A DNA stretch of 64,000 nt. Source: Selaginella moellendorffii (Eukaryota; Plantae; Lycopodiophyta). Location: positions 1,589,882 to 1,653,881 of the forward strand of contig NW_003314281.1 in NCBI RefSeq assembly GCF_000143415.4, in the 5' to 3' direction. The notes under the pieces were generated by a model. It was not told the origin of the DNA. It made no database searches and saw only the letters and a list, made by a program, of their open reading frames with translations. The translations under genes and the position numbers were made by a program. Shown one piece after another: positions 62,001 through 64,000 of the stretch (position 1 is the first letter of the stretch; every line of letters begins with the position of its first letter).

Positions 62001-63634
62001 AACATTTCCCCCTTCCAAACCATGTGGGAGATTCGCGCTTAATATAAGGGTAATCCAACCTGTCCATTCGCGGTGGGTGAATATGCCGGCTGCCGGCCGG
62101 AATATGCCGCGCGTGACGCCGCCGCCGGCGGAGAATGTAAAGCGGATCTTGAGGCCGACAGTGTGATTGGCCCCGAATCAAATGGCGCTCTCCCATTGGC
62201 CCGGCGAGATATGTCCCGTATCTACATGTGCCCTGTTTGCGTACATGCGTACGTAGCTCGTATCTCATCCCTTTGTTTGTTTTTCCAGCGTGGAGGAATA
62301 TTCGCTCCCCGTTGTTTTCACGGGGAGTTAAAAAATGGTGCTTGCTGCGCGCGATTTGGTGCGTGCCATCGCAAACAGCGGCCGTCCCCTTCAATTCCTT
62401 GATTACGTCGTCGCGAGGCGCGATTCATTGTCGAGCTGACACGAGAGAGATCTGGATATCACACGGGAACACCCCTTTAGCGTGGAGAAATCCAAAGGGG
62501 GCAAAAAAAAAAAAAAAAACAAACCAAACCTTCGACCTGCGGACAAAAGATTGGGATTGTCCGAGAAAATGCCTGATGCATCCAACAAGAGCTGTTTGAT
62601 CCGAGAAACCATCCAAACGAACCCAGCGAGTGATGGGATACACATCGCGAAGCGAAGCGGACAAACTCCCTGCCTGGAGTTTACGAAATGCGTGAGAGCG
62701 TTCGGATGGATCCAAGCTTTTCCAAGTCCGGCCAAACTCCAAACTCGTGGAGATAATTGACCTGGGAAAAGGAAGAATTAGAATTCCTGGGCGAGCAAAC
62801 CCGTACAAACCTGGCCGGGTTCAACAATCCTTTTGTTCCAGATCTTCCAGAGTTCCAGGCCAGTCCTGTGATCAACCTACCCTTCCTGCAAACTCAGAAG
62901 AGAAAGGATTGAAAACGGAGGAAAAATACAAAAAAAACTAAAGCTGTTCCACGCGTGAAAGATTTGCAAAGCGAAGAACTCGTACAATGATACGAATTCG
63001 GACCGGAAGAGTTTTAGTCTGGTCTAACTTACCTCCTCTCGCTTCTCTTGTGTGGCTCTGATGAATCATCGAGATGGCTTTCGCACGCTGCTCTCCTACT
63101 GCACTGTGTACACGGCTCCTTTCCTCGCGCGCTCCTGTCACACCCAACACCACCATCAGGAAGGAAAGGAGAGAAAAGAGAGACAGAGGGCAAAGAAAAC
63201 GAATAGCAGATCCAAGAAATCCAAACAGCCAAAAAGCATTGCGCAAGAGAGCGCCCCACCTCTGAGATGGACGTGCTTGACTCACGGGAGAGTTCGAATC
63301 GTGTCAGCCGGAAATCCGCGTAGAAATAGTCTTCGATCTTTCCATACTCCTGCCGACAAAAAGAAAAAATCAAGGGAGAAACAAGGCGCTTGTTAACGAG
63401 ATCGAAATCTTTGAGAAAAACTTTACGCTCGTCAGATGCTTGCGTCGCGAGATTCTCTAGCTTAGAAACTCTGGAGCGACAAAAGTGAGAGAAGAAAACA
63501 AGACCCAAAATGTGAAGTTAAAAAGTTGAACGCAAGCCTCACAAAATTTGGAAATACAACGTCGACTGTGCTCGGCTAGAGAGAGCACAGGTGTGTACCA
63601 TAGGTTTTCTGATCTTCGGGAAAGCTTGCTTGCA

Positions 63635-63966
<332 letters not shown>

Positions 63967-64000
63967 CTGATGCGCAAAAGGATGAAGAAACGACCAAAAG

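Noticed and set aside
59500-62400. miRNA, tRNA or snoRNA genes in the long intergenic region
   Set aside because: No recognised conserved mature miRNA, cloverleaf or box motifs found by eye.

Overview
Eukaryotic land-plant DNA. The short introns, GC-rich poly-Q genes, PLS-type PPR fragments and actinobacterial-type GH25 muramidase point to the lycophyte Selaginella (inferred, not proven). Bases 1-50,600 are mostly an AT-rich nest of decayed transposons: a Harbinger remnant, two Ty3/gypsy-type LTR families and a TRIM. An intronless GH25 lysozyme gene lies at the left edge. The nest contains an 11.9-kb near-perfect inverted duplication (14801-26664 / 33165-45028) carrying an LRR receptor-like-protein pseudogene and PPR fragments. 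The left arm lies inside one LTR retrotransposon (8818-34569) delimited by a matching ATTAT target-site duplication. From 50.7 kb the DNA is GC-rich and gene-dense: an open LRR-RLP gene, an RBL9-like rhomboid, a DUF863-family gene and the 3' exons of RPS15A. The most notable result is a clean 259-bp inversion (53261-53519) that flips the transmembrane-coding segment of the open LRR-RLP, predicting a secreted LRR-only protein. The neighbouring pseudogene paralogs keep the ancestral orientation.
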